Shown: positions 47,640 to 56,567 of the stretch, piece after piece
How positions within the stretch are numbered: position 1 is the first letter of the stretch
Layout of the letters: every line of letters starts with the position of its first letter
DNA from: an uncultured Mycoplasmatota bacterium
GTDB lineage: Bacteria; Bacillota_I; Bacilli_A; RF39; UBA660
Reading direction: 5' to 3'
Assembly (NCBI GenBank): GCA_947365915.1
Contig: CANAXT010000001.1
Coordinates: 7,347-71,346 of the forward strand
DNA: 64,000 nt
Position numbers and translations under genes: made by a program
Notes under the pieces: model-generated
What the model was told of the DNA's origin: nothing
Database searches by the model: none
The model's input: only the letters and a program-made list of their open reading frames with translations

Positions 47640-47850
47640 AATCACAATCCTATAAGGACGTGATTTGACGTGGTACCACCTTAATTTGTAGAGATCTCTA
47701 CCTTGAAACTGTAACGCGTTACCGTTATATGTTTGGCATATAAAACTCCAAGCTGAATTCATAAATGGATATGATCTATTTCCACCAACCATAGACTCTC
47801 TTTTCATATCTCTATTTATTACTACTTCTCTTCTTTGTTTTTCAAATTTA
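47640..47850 (-). promoter_or_regulatory. T-box riboswitch leader (Phe) with promoter
   Basis: T-box AAUUAAGGUGGUACCACG. Terminator AAUCACGUCCU-UAU-AGGAUUGUGAUU followed by U8. Specifier UUC-A. Promoter TTGTAA-17-TACAAT. Confidence 0.8.
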
Positions 47851-47891
47851 CAAATTTATTGTAACACAATTTTTTTATACTTACAATAGTT

Positions 47892-48329
47892 TTAATGTCT
47901 TCTATGACCTTTTCCTGGTCTTCTATTTTTGGTTCCGTTTTTCTTTGTTAAGACTTTTGTCTTTGGTGTTTCTGTTTTTTCTAGTTCTACATCTATTGCA
48001 TATAATTTTTTTGCTTGTTCTGTTAATCCATCTTTTTCTAGTTCATAGAGGCCAGCGATTGCAGAAGTGGCTCCTTCTGCTCTTTCCATTTGTGTTAACG
48101 CGTAATTTCCTTCTAGCCAAGTTAAAGCGTGATTTGCCATTCTACCTAATACTCGAATATCATTAGAAACCATGGCTGATTCTTCAAAGTGTAAACAGCC
48201 CATATGTGTAAGTTCAAAATAAGCCATTGTCTCTTGATTTCTTGCAAACCAATCTGTTAGTGGTTCTGATAATAAAATAATACTTTCTATTTTTGGATTA
48301 AAGTTCTGGTTTAAAAACATAGTATTCAC
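47892..48329 (-). CDS. hypothetical protein
   Basis: 145 aa with a basic C-terminal tail (NRRPGKGHRRH). No family recognised. Confidence 0.45.
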   Translation of the reverse strand: MNTMFLNQNFNPKIESIILLSEPLTDWFARNQETMAYFELTHMGCLHFEESAMVSNDIRVLGRMANHALTWLEGNYALTQMERAEGATSAIAGLYELEKDGLTEQAKKLYAIDVELEKTETPKTKVLTKKNGTKNRRPGKGHRRH

Positions 48330-48360
48330 CCTCCTAATAAATTGTTTCTATATTAGCATT

Positions 48361-49122
48361 TTATCTAAAATATGTCAAATTTTTATATGCAACCATTAAG
48401 GAGAGTGCAGATAGAAATAGTGAGATTTCGATCCACATTGGATTTGGATAAATGATTGTACTAAATAAAACACTTCCTGCATTCGCACTTATATGTGTTA
48501 TAATGGATGCCTTTAATTGATATTTTTCATGTGCAAAAATTAGCATAAAGTTAAAGATAAAAGCATAAATCATTTGAAATATATTTTGATGAAAAAGCGC
48601 GAAAATAAGTCCTGTTAATAGTATTGATTTCATTACTGGATAATATTTTTGTAGTCTATGATACGTGATTCCTCGAAATAAGTATTCTTCTAATATGGGG
48701 CCAATCAGTATTGTTCCGATTATTGATGAAAGATATATTTTTCCATTAAATAGGTCTGTTATTGGAATGATATGGTTGATACTACCTAAGATGGAATTAT
48801 AGACAAAGCTAAAGGAAAGTCCTAACAGGATAAAATATAACATGTGAATAAAAGGAATTTTTATTTTTGTTTCTTTTACTTCTTCATGGTATTTTTTATA
48901 TAACAGTGGTAAGAAAATACAAAATAATATGAGTAGGCATATAATGCCATATTTTGATAAGTATTCTGATAATTCTATGGTGTAATTTTCACTTCCAATC
49001 CAGTTTTCTACATTGTGCTGATTCCTTGTTATTATAAAGATTATCGTTACAATAATGGTCATAAAAAATTGGCTAACTACAAATAACAGTGGAAAGCCAA
49101 TAATATTTAATAATTTTTTCAT
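48361..49122 (-). CDS. CPBP-family intramembrane metalloprotease (CAAX protease/Abi)
   Basis: EEYLFRG and FALFH motifs. Multi-TM. Confidence 0.7.
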   Translation of the reverse strand: MKKLLNIIGFPLLFVVSQFFMTIIVTIIFIITRNQHNVENWIGSENYTIELSEYLSKYGIICLLILFCIFLPLLYKKYHEEVKETKIKIPFIHMLYFILLGLSFSFVYNSILGSINHIIPITDLFNGKIYLSSIIGTILIGPILEEYLFRGITYHRLQKYYPVMKSILLTGLIFALFHQNIFQMIYAFIFNFMLIFAHEKYQLKASIITHISANAGSVLFSTIIYPNPMWIEISLFLSALSLMVAYKNLTYFR

Positions 49123-50003
49123 TATTTTTTTAACATCTCTGAAATGGTTGTTCCAATGGTTGCTATATTTTGTAATTCTGATGGAACAATAATTTTCGTA
49201 GATTGACCGTTTGCAACGTTTTCTAATGCTTCAAAGCTTTTTAAGGTAAGTACTGAAGAATCTGCTTTTGCTTCTTTTAAGAGTCTAATTCCTTCGGCTT
49301 CAGCACTTTTTAGTTTAATGATTGCTTCTGCTTCTCCTTCGGCTTTTTTGATTTTTGATTGTTTGTCAGCTTCAGCTCTTAAAATCGCACTTTCTTTTTC
49401 TCCTTCAGCAATTAAAACGCTTGATTTTTTTTCTCCTTCGGCTTGAAGGATTTTTTCTCTTCTTTCACGTTCTGCACGCATTTGTTTTTCCATTGCTTCT
49501 TGAATATCTCTTGGTGGCAAAATGTTTTTTACTTCCACACGGTTTACTTTAATTCCCCATGGATCCGTTGCTTCGTCTAAAATAGAACGCATTTTGGAAT
49601 TGATAATGTCTCTTGAAGTTAATGTTTGGTCTAATTCTAGTTCTCCTATAATATTACGAAGTGTGGTTGCTGTTAAGTTTTCAATAGCATTGATTGGATT
49701 TTCTACTCCATAGGTGTATAATTTTGCATCTGTGATTTGAAAATAAACTACTGTATCAATTTGCATTGTTACGTTGTCTTTGGTAATTACTGGTTGTGGA
49801 TCAAAGTCTTTTACAATTTCTTTTAAAATGACTTGATTAGCAACACGATCTAAAAATGGAATTTTAAAATGAAGTCCATTTTTCCATGTTGTATAATAAG
49901 ATCCTACTCTTTCAATTACATAGCTTTTTGCTTGTGGGACAATTTTGACATTTGGTACAATTAGTACAATTGCAAGTACCAAGATAATGAAAAATACTTC
50001 CAT
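49122..50003 (-). CDS. SPFH/band-7 (stomatin/HflK-like) protein
   Basis: An N-terminal TM, an SPFH domain, and a charged coiled-coil with AEGE repeats. Confidence 0.75.
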   Translation of the reverse strand: MEVFFIILVLAIVLIVPNVKIVPQAKSYVIERVGSYYTTWKNGLHFKIPFLDRVANQVILKEIVKDFDPQPVITKDNVTMQIDTVVYFQITDAKLYTYGVENPINAIENLTATTLRNIIGELELDQTLTSRDIINSKMRSILDEATDPWGIKVNRVEVKNILPPRDIQEAMEKQMRAERERREKILQAEGEKKSSVLIAEGEKESAILRAEADKQSKIKKAEGEAEAIIKLKSAEAEGIRLLKEAKADSSVLTLKSFEALENVANGQSTKIIVPSELQNIATIGTTISEMLKK

Positions 50004-50006
50004 ACT

Positions 50007-50435
50007 CTACTCCTCTACTTTCTCTACTTTTAGTTTGGCACCATCAATTTCTAATATTTTGACGATGCTATCTTTGGTAATTTTTTTGTCACTGTAAGCA
50101 CTCCATTTTTTCCCATCTACTTTGACTTCTCCAATGGTATTTTTGGATATTGCTTCAGTTACAATCCCCTCCATTCCAATGATTCTGTCAAAGTTTGTTT
50201 TTTCTTCTTTTGTTTTTAGGAATTTTAACAATAGTGGTCTTGTCGTAATTAGTAAAATTACTCCTAGTATTACAAAGATACCAAATTGTAATACAAAGTT
50301 ATCAATGATTAATGATACTAATAGTGCGACTAATGCACTAATGACAAACCAAATTGTTGTAAGTCCTACTGTCATACATTCTGCTAAAGTAAGCAATATG
50401 ACAACTCCTAACCATATATAAGACATGTACATCAC
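50007..50435 (-). CDS. NfeD-family membrane protein
   Basis: Three TM helices and a C-terminal OB-fold beta domain. It is paired with the SPFH gene. Confidence 0.7.
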   Translation of the reverse strand: MMYMSYIWLGVVILLTLAECMTVGLTTIWFVISALVALLVSLIIDNFVLQFGIFVILGVILLITTRPLLLKFLKTKEEKTNFDRIIGMEGIVTEAISKNTIGEVKVDGKKWSAYSDKKITKDSIVKILEIDGAKLKVEKVEE

Positions 50436-50522
50436 CTAATTTCATTATACACTAATCTATGCGGAATTTCAAACTAAAAATATCTATTTTTATTATATTT
50501 TTGAAAATGAAAAAAAGAACCT

Positions 50523-50978
50523 TTATCTGTTCTGAATTCGTTTTTGAAATGTATCAATTTCTTCTTTTGATCCGCATACTTCTATGGTTTTTATTTTTAT
50601 TCCATAAAAATAGATTTTTTCTATTTCTTTTTGCTGTCCTAGTTGCTTTAATCTTTTTGTTATGTATGCTTCCATTTTTTGCAGTCCTTTTTCTGGAGAT
50701 TCAGTTTCAAAATGATATATATTTAGCCCCGAAAATTTAGATTGATACAATTTTGGTAGTTCATATTCTACTTTAATCAGGGATAATTCTTCTAAAAATG
50801 AGGTGATATTTTTAGAGGTGATGAAGTCTTCTGAAACATCAAGTCTCACGATTTCAAAACTATTTTTGTCTATTTTGTTTAAATAGTTTTCTTGAAATAC
50901 AGGTTCTAATTTTTCATTTTGTTTCCATAATGTTGTTATGAAACAACATAATAGCAATACAACAAACCACTTTTTCAT
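50523..50978 (-). CDS. hypothetical secreted or lipoprotein-like protein
   Basis: The N-terminal hydrophobic signal is MKKWFVVLLLCCF. Confidence 0.4.
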   Translation of the reverse strand: MKKWFVVLLLCCFITTLWKQNEKLEPVFQENYLNKIDKNSFEIVRLDVSEDFITSKNITSFLEELSLIKVEYELPKLYQSKFSGLNIYHFETESPEKGLQKMEAYITKRLKQLGQQKEIEKIYFYGIKIKTIEVCGSKEEIDTFQKRIQNR

Positions 50979-51046
50979 GCTTCACCTCATTATTAGAATG
51001 GATGAATTTTGGAAAAATATGAAAAAAAATATGAAATTTCATATTT

Positions 51047-52696
51047 TTAAAATAACCCTGTAATGGTTCCATTGGTTACATCAATTTGTTCATAGTTTGG
51101 CTTTTTTGGAAATCCTGGCATTGTCATGATATCTTTTAGTAATATGGTAATGAATTCGGCTCCTGCATAAAGGGTCACATCGTTTACATGAAGTTCATAT
51201 TCTCTTGGGTCACCTAGTTTTTTTGGGTCATCGGATAATGAGTATTGGGTTTTGGCAACACAAATCGGATAGTTTTTATATTTCGATTTTGAAAGTTGCT
51301 CTATTTTTTTCTGGGCTTTTTCTGAGTAAGTGATGGTTTTGGCATGATAAATATGAAATGCTAGTTTTTCTATTTTTTCTGTTAGTGTGTCTTCTAATTC
51401 GTATTGGTATTCAATTTTGTTGTCTTGCTCTGATAGAGAGATTACGGTTTGTGCTAATGAAATAGCGCCTAATCCGCCTTCTTGATAGGTTCTACTTTCT
51501 TCTAATGGGACTTCTAATTCGGTACATATTTCTTTTATGGTTTTTATTTCTAAGTCGGTATCTTCTTGGTAACGATTTAAACAAACAACGATTGGTATTT
51601 TAAATTTTTTTAGATTTTCAATATGGGCTTTTAAGTTTTGTGAGCCTTGTTTAATGGCTTTTACGTTTTCTTCTAGGATTTCTTCTTTTGGAATCCCAGC
51701 ATTATATTTTAATGATTTTAATGTTGTTACTAAGACAACCACGGATGGACGTAAGTTCCCGATTCTACATTTGATGTCTAAAAACTTTTCAGCTCCTAGG
51801 TCTGATCCAAAGCCAGCTTCTGTGACTACAAAGTCAGATAATTTTAAAGCGAGCTTGGTGGCAATTAAGCTATTGCATCCATGGGCGATATTGGCAAATG
51901 GGCCTCCATGAACAAGGGCTGGGTTGCCTTCTAATGTTTGTACTAGGTTTGGTTTGATGGCGTCTTTTAATAGTGTCATGATACTTCCTGTGATTTTTAA
52001 TTGTTGCGCTAATACTTCTTTTCCTTCATATGTATATCCGATTACAATTTGATTGATTCTTCTTTTTAGGTCTTCTTCGTTAGAAGCTAGACAGAAAATA
52101 GTCATCATTTCACTGGCTGCTGTTATGTTAAAGTGTTCTTCTCTTTTGATTTCTTTTTCCATGGATAAACCTATTTGAATGGTTCTTAAAGCTCGATCAT
52201 TCATGTCCATACATCTTCTACAAGTAATGGTTTCAGGATCAATATTCAATTCATTTCCAAAGTATAAGTGGTTGTCAATGGCTGCACATAGTAAGTTGTT
52301 GGCAGTTGTAATGGCATGAAAGTCTCCTGTAAAGTGTAAGTTGATGTCTTCCATTGGTATGATTTGAGAGTAACCTCCTCCTGTTGCTCCACCTTTCATT
52401 CCGAATACTGGTCCTAAGGATGGTTCTCTTAAAGCTAATATGGCATTTTTTCCGATCCTACATAAGGCGTCATTTAGACCAATACTTACGGTTGTTTTTC
52501 CTTCTCCATATGGGGTTGGAGAAATGGCTGTTACTAAAATAAGTTTTCCTTGTTTTTTGGAGTTTATTTTTTCTGGATCTATTTTGGCTTTATTGTTTCC
52601 ATAAAGTTCTAAGTCTTCTTTTTTTAGGTTTATTTTTTGCGCAATTGTTTCAATCTTTTGAATTGTTGTTTGGTGCGCGATTTCAATATCTGTCAT
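51047..52696 (-). CDS. fhs: formate--tetrahydrofolate ligase
   Basis: PTPYGEGKTT motif. It is about 550 aa. The start was set at MTDIEIAHQ, which has RBS AGAGGTGA. Confidence 0.9.
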   Translation of the reverse strand: MTDIEIAHQTTIQKIETIAQKINLKKEDLELYGNNKAKIDPEKINSKKQGKLILVTAISPTPYGEGKTTVSIGLNDALCRIGKNAILALREPSLGPVFGMKGGATGGGYSQIIPMEDINLHFTGDFHAITTANNLLCAAIDNHLYFGNELNIDPETITCRRCMDMNDRALRTIQIGLSMEKEIKREEHFNITAASEMMTIFCLASNEEDLKRRINQIVIGYTYEGKEVLAQQLKITGSIMTLLKDAIKPNLVQTLEGNPALVHGGPFANIAHGCNSLIATKLALKLSDFVVTEAGFGSDLGAEKFLDIKCRIGNLRPSVVVLVTTLKSLKYNAGIPKEEILEENVKAIKQGSQNLKAHIENLKKFKIPIVVCLNRYQEDTDLEIKTIKEICTELEVPLEESRTYQEGGLGAISLAQTVISLSEQDNKIEYQYELEDTLTEKIEKLAFHIYHAKTITYSEKAQKKIEQLSKSKYKNYPICVAKTQYSLSDDPKKLGDPREYELHVNDVTLYAGAEFITILLKDIMTMPGFPKKPNYEQIDVTNGTITGLF

Positions 52697-52744
52697 ATTT
52701 TCACCTCTCATAAATTATACTAAAAAGTCGAAAAAAAAGAAAGT

Positions 52745-53980
52745 TTACTTTCGTTTCTTTCGTATTTTCTTTTTGATACGCTTTTTTTTATGATGGATAT
52801 AAATTAGTAAGGTTATGATGATGGTACTAATGATGATAATTTCTATATGTGCTTTTATATATTTAAGTAATGAAAATGGAATTTTTTCTTCTAATATGAT
52901 GTCTTGTTTGTATACGGTTGTTCCTTGATATGATATTGTTAGAGTTCCTAGTTTGGTTCCTATTTTCATGTCTGGAGTTATGTTTTGTTCTCCTTCATAT
53001 TGTTTTTTTAAGTCTTTTGAGTTAAAGTCATTGGATAGGTATTTTTGGACGGTTTTGTCTGCTGTCCATTTTGTTTGTTCTTGTTTGGAATATTTTGTTT
53101 TTAGTTCTAATAAGGTTTCCCCTTTTTCTACAATGGTTTTGTTTCCATAATGTTCCATAAAGTGGTCATAAATTGTCTCTGCATCATAAAAGTTTAGTGG
53201 TTCTTTGTCATAAGGGGCACGTGCTGTTACAAGCATATAGGAAACACCATCTTTTTTGGCGATACTAGCAAGACACAAACCTGCGTCATAGGTGGTCCCT
53301 GTTTTTCCACCTTCTAAGTAATCTAATTTTAAGTTGTATCTTTTTTTATTTCTTTCTAGTGTGCTGTAAACGACAAATGATTTGTCACTCATTGTATAGG
53401 AGGAACTGGTGATTATTTCTTTAAAGTCTTTGTTTTTTAGAGCATATTCGAATATATTTGCTACTTCTTTTACGGTGGAATAATGGTCTTCTTCGTCTAG
53501 TCCTGTTTCATTCATGAAATGAGTGTTTTTTAGTTTTAATTCTTTTGCTTTTTGGTTCATTAATTTGATAAATTCTGTTTTGTTTCCTGCTACATTTCTG
53601 GTAAGTGCTTTGGCTGCATCTGCTCCTGATGGAAGTAAAAGACCATATAGTAAATCTCTATAGGTAACTTTCTGTCCTATTTTAAATCCTGCAACGGAAG
53701 CGTTTGCTTCTTCTAATCCTTGAAAGTCAGAAGAAGTTAGTGTAATTTTCTGATCTAGGTCGTCTATGTGTTCTAATGCAATTATGGCTGTCATGATTTT
53801 GGTCATAGAAGCGATCGAGATTTGTTTATCTGCGTTTTTTTCATATAGTATTTTATGTTCATCTAGGTTATATAAGATGATGTTTTCTGAGTTTGTTTGT
53901 AATTCGATTGCTTTTACATTTCCGATCTGTAGTATTATTACTGTTATGATAAGATATAAATATTTTCCCATATGTTTCAC
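52745..53980 (-). CDS. serine-type D-Ala-D-Ala carboxypeptidase (S11, DacA/DacF-like)
   Basis: Signal peptide. SxxK motif in ASMTKIMTAIIALE, SGN-like and KTG motifs. It ends in a C-terminal TM and a basic tail. Confidence 0.8.
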   Translation of the reverse strand: MKHMGKYLYLIITVIILQIGNVKAIELQTNSENIILYNLDEHKILYEKNADKQISIASMTKIMTAIIALEHIDDLDQKITLTSSDFQGLEEANASVAGFKIGQKVTYRDLLYGLLLPSGADAAKALTRNVAGNKTEFIKLMNQKAKELKLKNTHFMNETGLDEEDHYSTVKEVANIFEYALKNKDFKEIITSSSYTMSDKSFVVYSTLERNKKRYNLKLDYLEGGKTGTTYDAGLCLASIAKKDGVSYMLVTARAPYDKEPLNFYDAETIYDHFMEHYGNKTIVEKGETLLELKTKYSKQEQTKWTADKTVQKYLSNDFNSKDLKKQYEGEQNITPDMKIGTKLGTLTISYQGTTVYKQDIILEEKIPFSLLKYIKAHIEIIIISTIIITLLIYIHHKKKRIKKKIRKKRK

Positions 53981-54118
53981 CTATATTAGTATAATATAAA
54001 TTTCAGAAAAATAAAAGAAAAAAAGTTTTGTCTGCTTTTCGTTTATGGTAAAATTTTTATTTACTTTTTTTGATAATTATTATATGATAATGTAAATGTT
54101 TTTGAGGGGGAAATAAAT

Positions 54119-55162
54119 ATGGACTTGAATTTGCAAATTCCAGATAATGAACATAGGAGCTTAACTGATAGAAGAGTTAAAAAATTAAGCAATATAAAAA
54201 CTAATCTATCCTATTTGAGATCAAATCATAATAATATGCTTACTAATTTGTCTAATAAACATTTGGAAAAATTACGTACTGTTCTTTTTGAAATTATGGA
54301 TGCTATAATAAAATGCGATCGTGAAAAAATTAATATTGATTTTTCTTTTTTAGATAGTGTATGTGCTGATTCATTGGTAGCTGATATAAATTTAACTAGT
54401 CTAAATCAAATGCTTGAAGAATATCTAAAATTTTTAAAAGGTAAAAATTTGTCAAATGAGATTATTATGGCAAAAAGAGCAGAATTATCTGATTGCCTTC
54501 CAGAAACTTTAAAACCATTTACTAATCAACTTTTTCCTTATTATTGTTATTATAAAATTGATTTTTTTTCTGATAAAATAAGATTTTATCTTAATTATCG
54601 AATTGAATTATTTGATTTTGAGGGAGCTCTTAGAACAACAAATTTAAATTTTACTAATGTAGATTATGAAATAGACGCTATTCCTTTTGCGTATGCTCAT
54701 ATTGGTGGCATAATTCCTCGCATACCAATTGATGATAAAAACAAAATAAAACTATTAATCATTAATGGAGGTAAAGCAAGAATACATCCTATGTCTAATT
54801 ATAGTGATATGAACCAATTTGGTTATATTACAACTATTGAATATAATAATTACAGTAGTTATTTTGATAATGAAGGAATTGAAATGTTTTATTCTACTGA
54901 AGATAATCAAAATAAAAAACTAAATTGGGCATTTAGTCCTCGTGCTATTATATCTAAAGATATTAGAAATTCTACATTTTACTATAATCTTTTAAAAAAT
55001 CTATCCTCACAAATAACTCTTAATTTATTACATCAATATACTGAAATATTAGAAGAAATCAAAAGACAAATTTCATTAGCAACTGATGAAAACACAGGAG
55101 AAAAATCAAAACAAAAGGTCAAAAGCGTTAATGAAAGTAAACTTAATGGAGAAAAAGAATAG
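54119..55162 (+). CDS. hypothetical protein (lone plus-strand, very AT-rich gene)
   Basis: 347-aa ORF with an extended -10 promoter (TGgTAAAAT) and RBS GAGGGGGAA. No recognised domain. Confidence 0.45.
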   Translation: MDLNLQIPDNEHRSLTDRRVKKLSNIKTNLSYLRSNHNNMLTNLSNKHLEKLRTVLFEIMDAIIKCDREKINIDFSFLDSVCADSLVADINLTSLNQMLEEYLKFLKGKNLSNEIIMAKRAELSDCLPETLKPFTNQLFPYYCYYKIDFFSDKIRFYLNYRIELFDFEGALRTTNLNFTNVDYEIDAIPFAYAHIGGIIPRIPIDDKNKIKLLIINGGKARIHPMSNYSDMNQFGYITTIEYNNYSSYFDNEGIEMFYSTEDNQNKKLNWAFSPRAIISKDIRNSTFYYNLLKNLSSQITLNLLHQYTEILEEIKRQISLATDENTGEKSKQKVKSVNESKLNGEKE

Positions 55163-55235
55163 ATGATATCAATTGTAAAATAAGTGATAAAGATATTTAA
55201 AATGAGAAAGTCGTTATACAAAACCATATGAAGTT

Positions 55236-56522
55236 TTATCCTTCTTCATATGGTTTTGTTTCTCTTACAAAGGTAAATGTTTTTCCAAGGTCATTTGATG
55301 TATAAAGTGCTTCTAAGTTCCCATAGTCTCCATCTGCTCCTTGTCCTACAATCAGATATATTTTAGAATTTTCTAAAATTGGGAGCATTGGGGTATCATA
55401 GATTTCTTTAAATGAAAACATGGGTTTTGTGTTTAATAATGATTCATCAAAGGTTCCGCTTGGTAAGTCTACTTCTTGGAATGTTTTTCCTCCATCTTCG
55501 CTTCGATATAATACTCCATTATTTCCTCCATTTTTGGTATCTGTAATAAAGATTATGTTTTCATTTATGATATTATATTCTGAAGATTGATGAATAGTTT
55601 CTAAGTTATGTTCTATATTTTCGAATGTTTTTCCTCCATCTGTTGTTTTTAAGATGCGTATTCCGATTACTCCTCCTAAGGCATTTCCAGACATAGTAAA
55701 TACGTAACCTGTTTCTTGTGTTAAAAATTTGACATACAAAATTGATTCTTCTACGGGGAGTTTTAATTGTTGGAAGGTCCCATCTTGAGTATTTGAATAA
55801 TAGAGTTGATTATGATCGGCCAGTAGTGTAAAGTCTTTTGTAATTTGGTACATTCCATCATTTAGTTGATATGGTTTTTCTAAGTTTAATGAAGTTGTTA
55901 ACTTCGCTTTTTTGTAGTTTTTTCCTTTGTCATAAGTTAGATAGATTTCTCCATTTTCTATTTTGTAAAAATATTTGTTTTGATTGGCTTGTTTTTTTAA
56001 TTCTTCTATATCTTGATAGTATTGTTTTTCATATTCAAATCTTCCACTTTTGTTTCCTTCTTCTAAGTCTAGTTGGACAAGTGGCATTTTATTCTTGACT
56101 GCATAAAGGGTTTGATCTTCTATTTCTTTGGTTTCAAATTGTAGAGCCCAAATGTACATGACGGATTGATCTAATTCATCCATCACTCCAAAATGGTTTT
56201 TGTCAAAGAAGTGTTTATATCTTGGATATAATTTAGTGTTTACTTGCACTACTTTGTTTTCTTCATCATAGACATCGATATTGATTAGACTTTGCTTTTC
56301 TAAGGCAATGTTCCACCATACATGTTTTTCTTGGTATTGGTCTAAATAGGCGTATGTCCATAAAATGGCTGCTTCTTTTAGAGTGGTTTCTTTTGGTACT
56401 TGTATGGTAAAGTCTTTCCAATCTAATGTTTTTTTATTGTAATATGGTTTTAGGAAGAAGTAAATGGATATTCCAATCATACATAGTATAAGTAAAATGA
56501 TCGCTATAATTTTTTGTTTCAT
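55236..56522 (-). CDS. membrane-anchored BNR/Asp-box repeat protein
   Basis: An N-terminal TM. C-terminal repeated S/TxDxGKTF motifs (TTDGGKTF, SEDGGKTF, SNDLGKTF). Confidence 0.55.
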   Translation of the reverse strand: MKQKIIAIILLILCMIGISIYFFLKPYYNKKTLDWKDFTIQVPKETTLKEAAILWTYAYLDQYQEKHVWWNIALEKQSLINIDVYDEENKVVQVNTKLYPRYKHFFDKNHFGVMDELDQSVMYIWALQFETKEIEDQTLYAVKNKMPLVQLDLEEGNKSGRFEYEKQYYQDIEELKKQANQNKYFYKIENGEIYLTYDKGKNYKKAKLTTSLNLEKPYQLNDGMYQITKDFTLLADHNQLYYSNTQDGTFQQLKLPVEESILYVKFLTQETGYVFTMSGNALGGVIGIRILKTTDGGKTFENIEHNLETIHQSSEYNIINENIIFITDTKNGGNNGVLYRSEDGGKTFQEVDLPSGTFDESLLNTKPMFSFKEIYDTPMLPILENSKIYLIVGQGADGDYGNLEALYTSNDLGKTFTFVRETKPYEEG

Positions 56523-56567
56523 AATATCACCTATTTCTAATATAACAGAAGAAACGCGAAAAAGAAA

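Noticed and set aside
47622-47807. 61-aa ORF MKRESMVGGNRSYPF...
   Set aside because: It lies entirely within the pheST T-box leader, between stem I and the T-box, and has no RBS.
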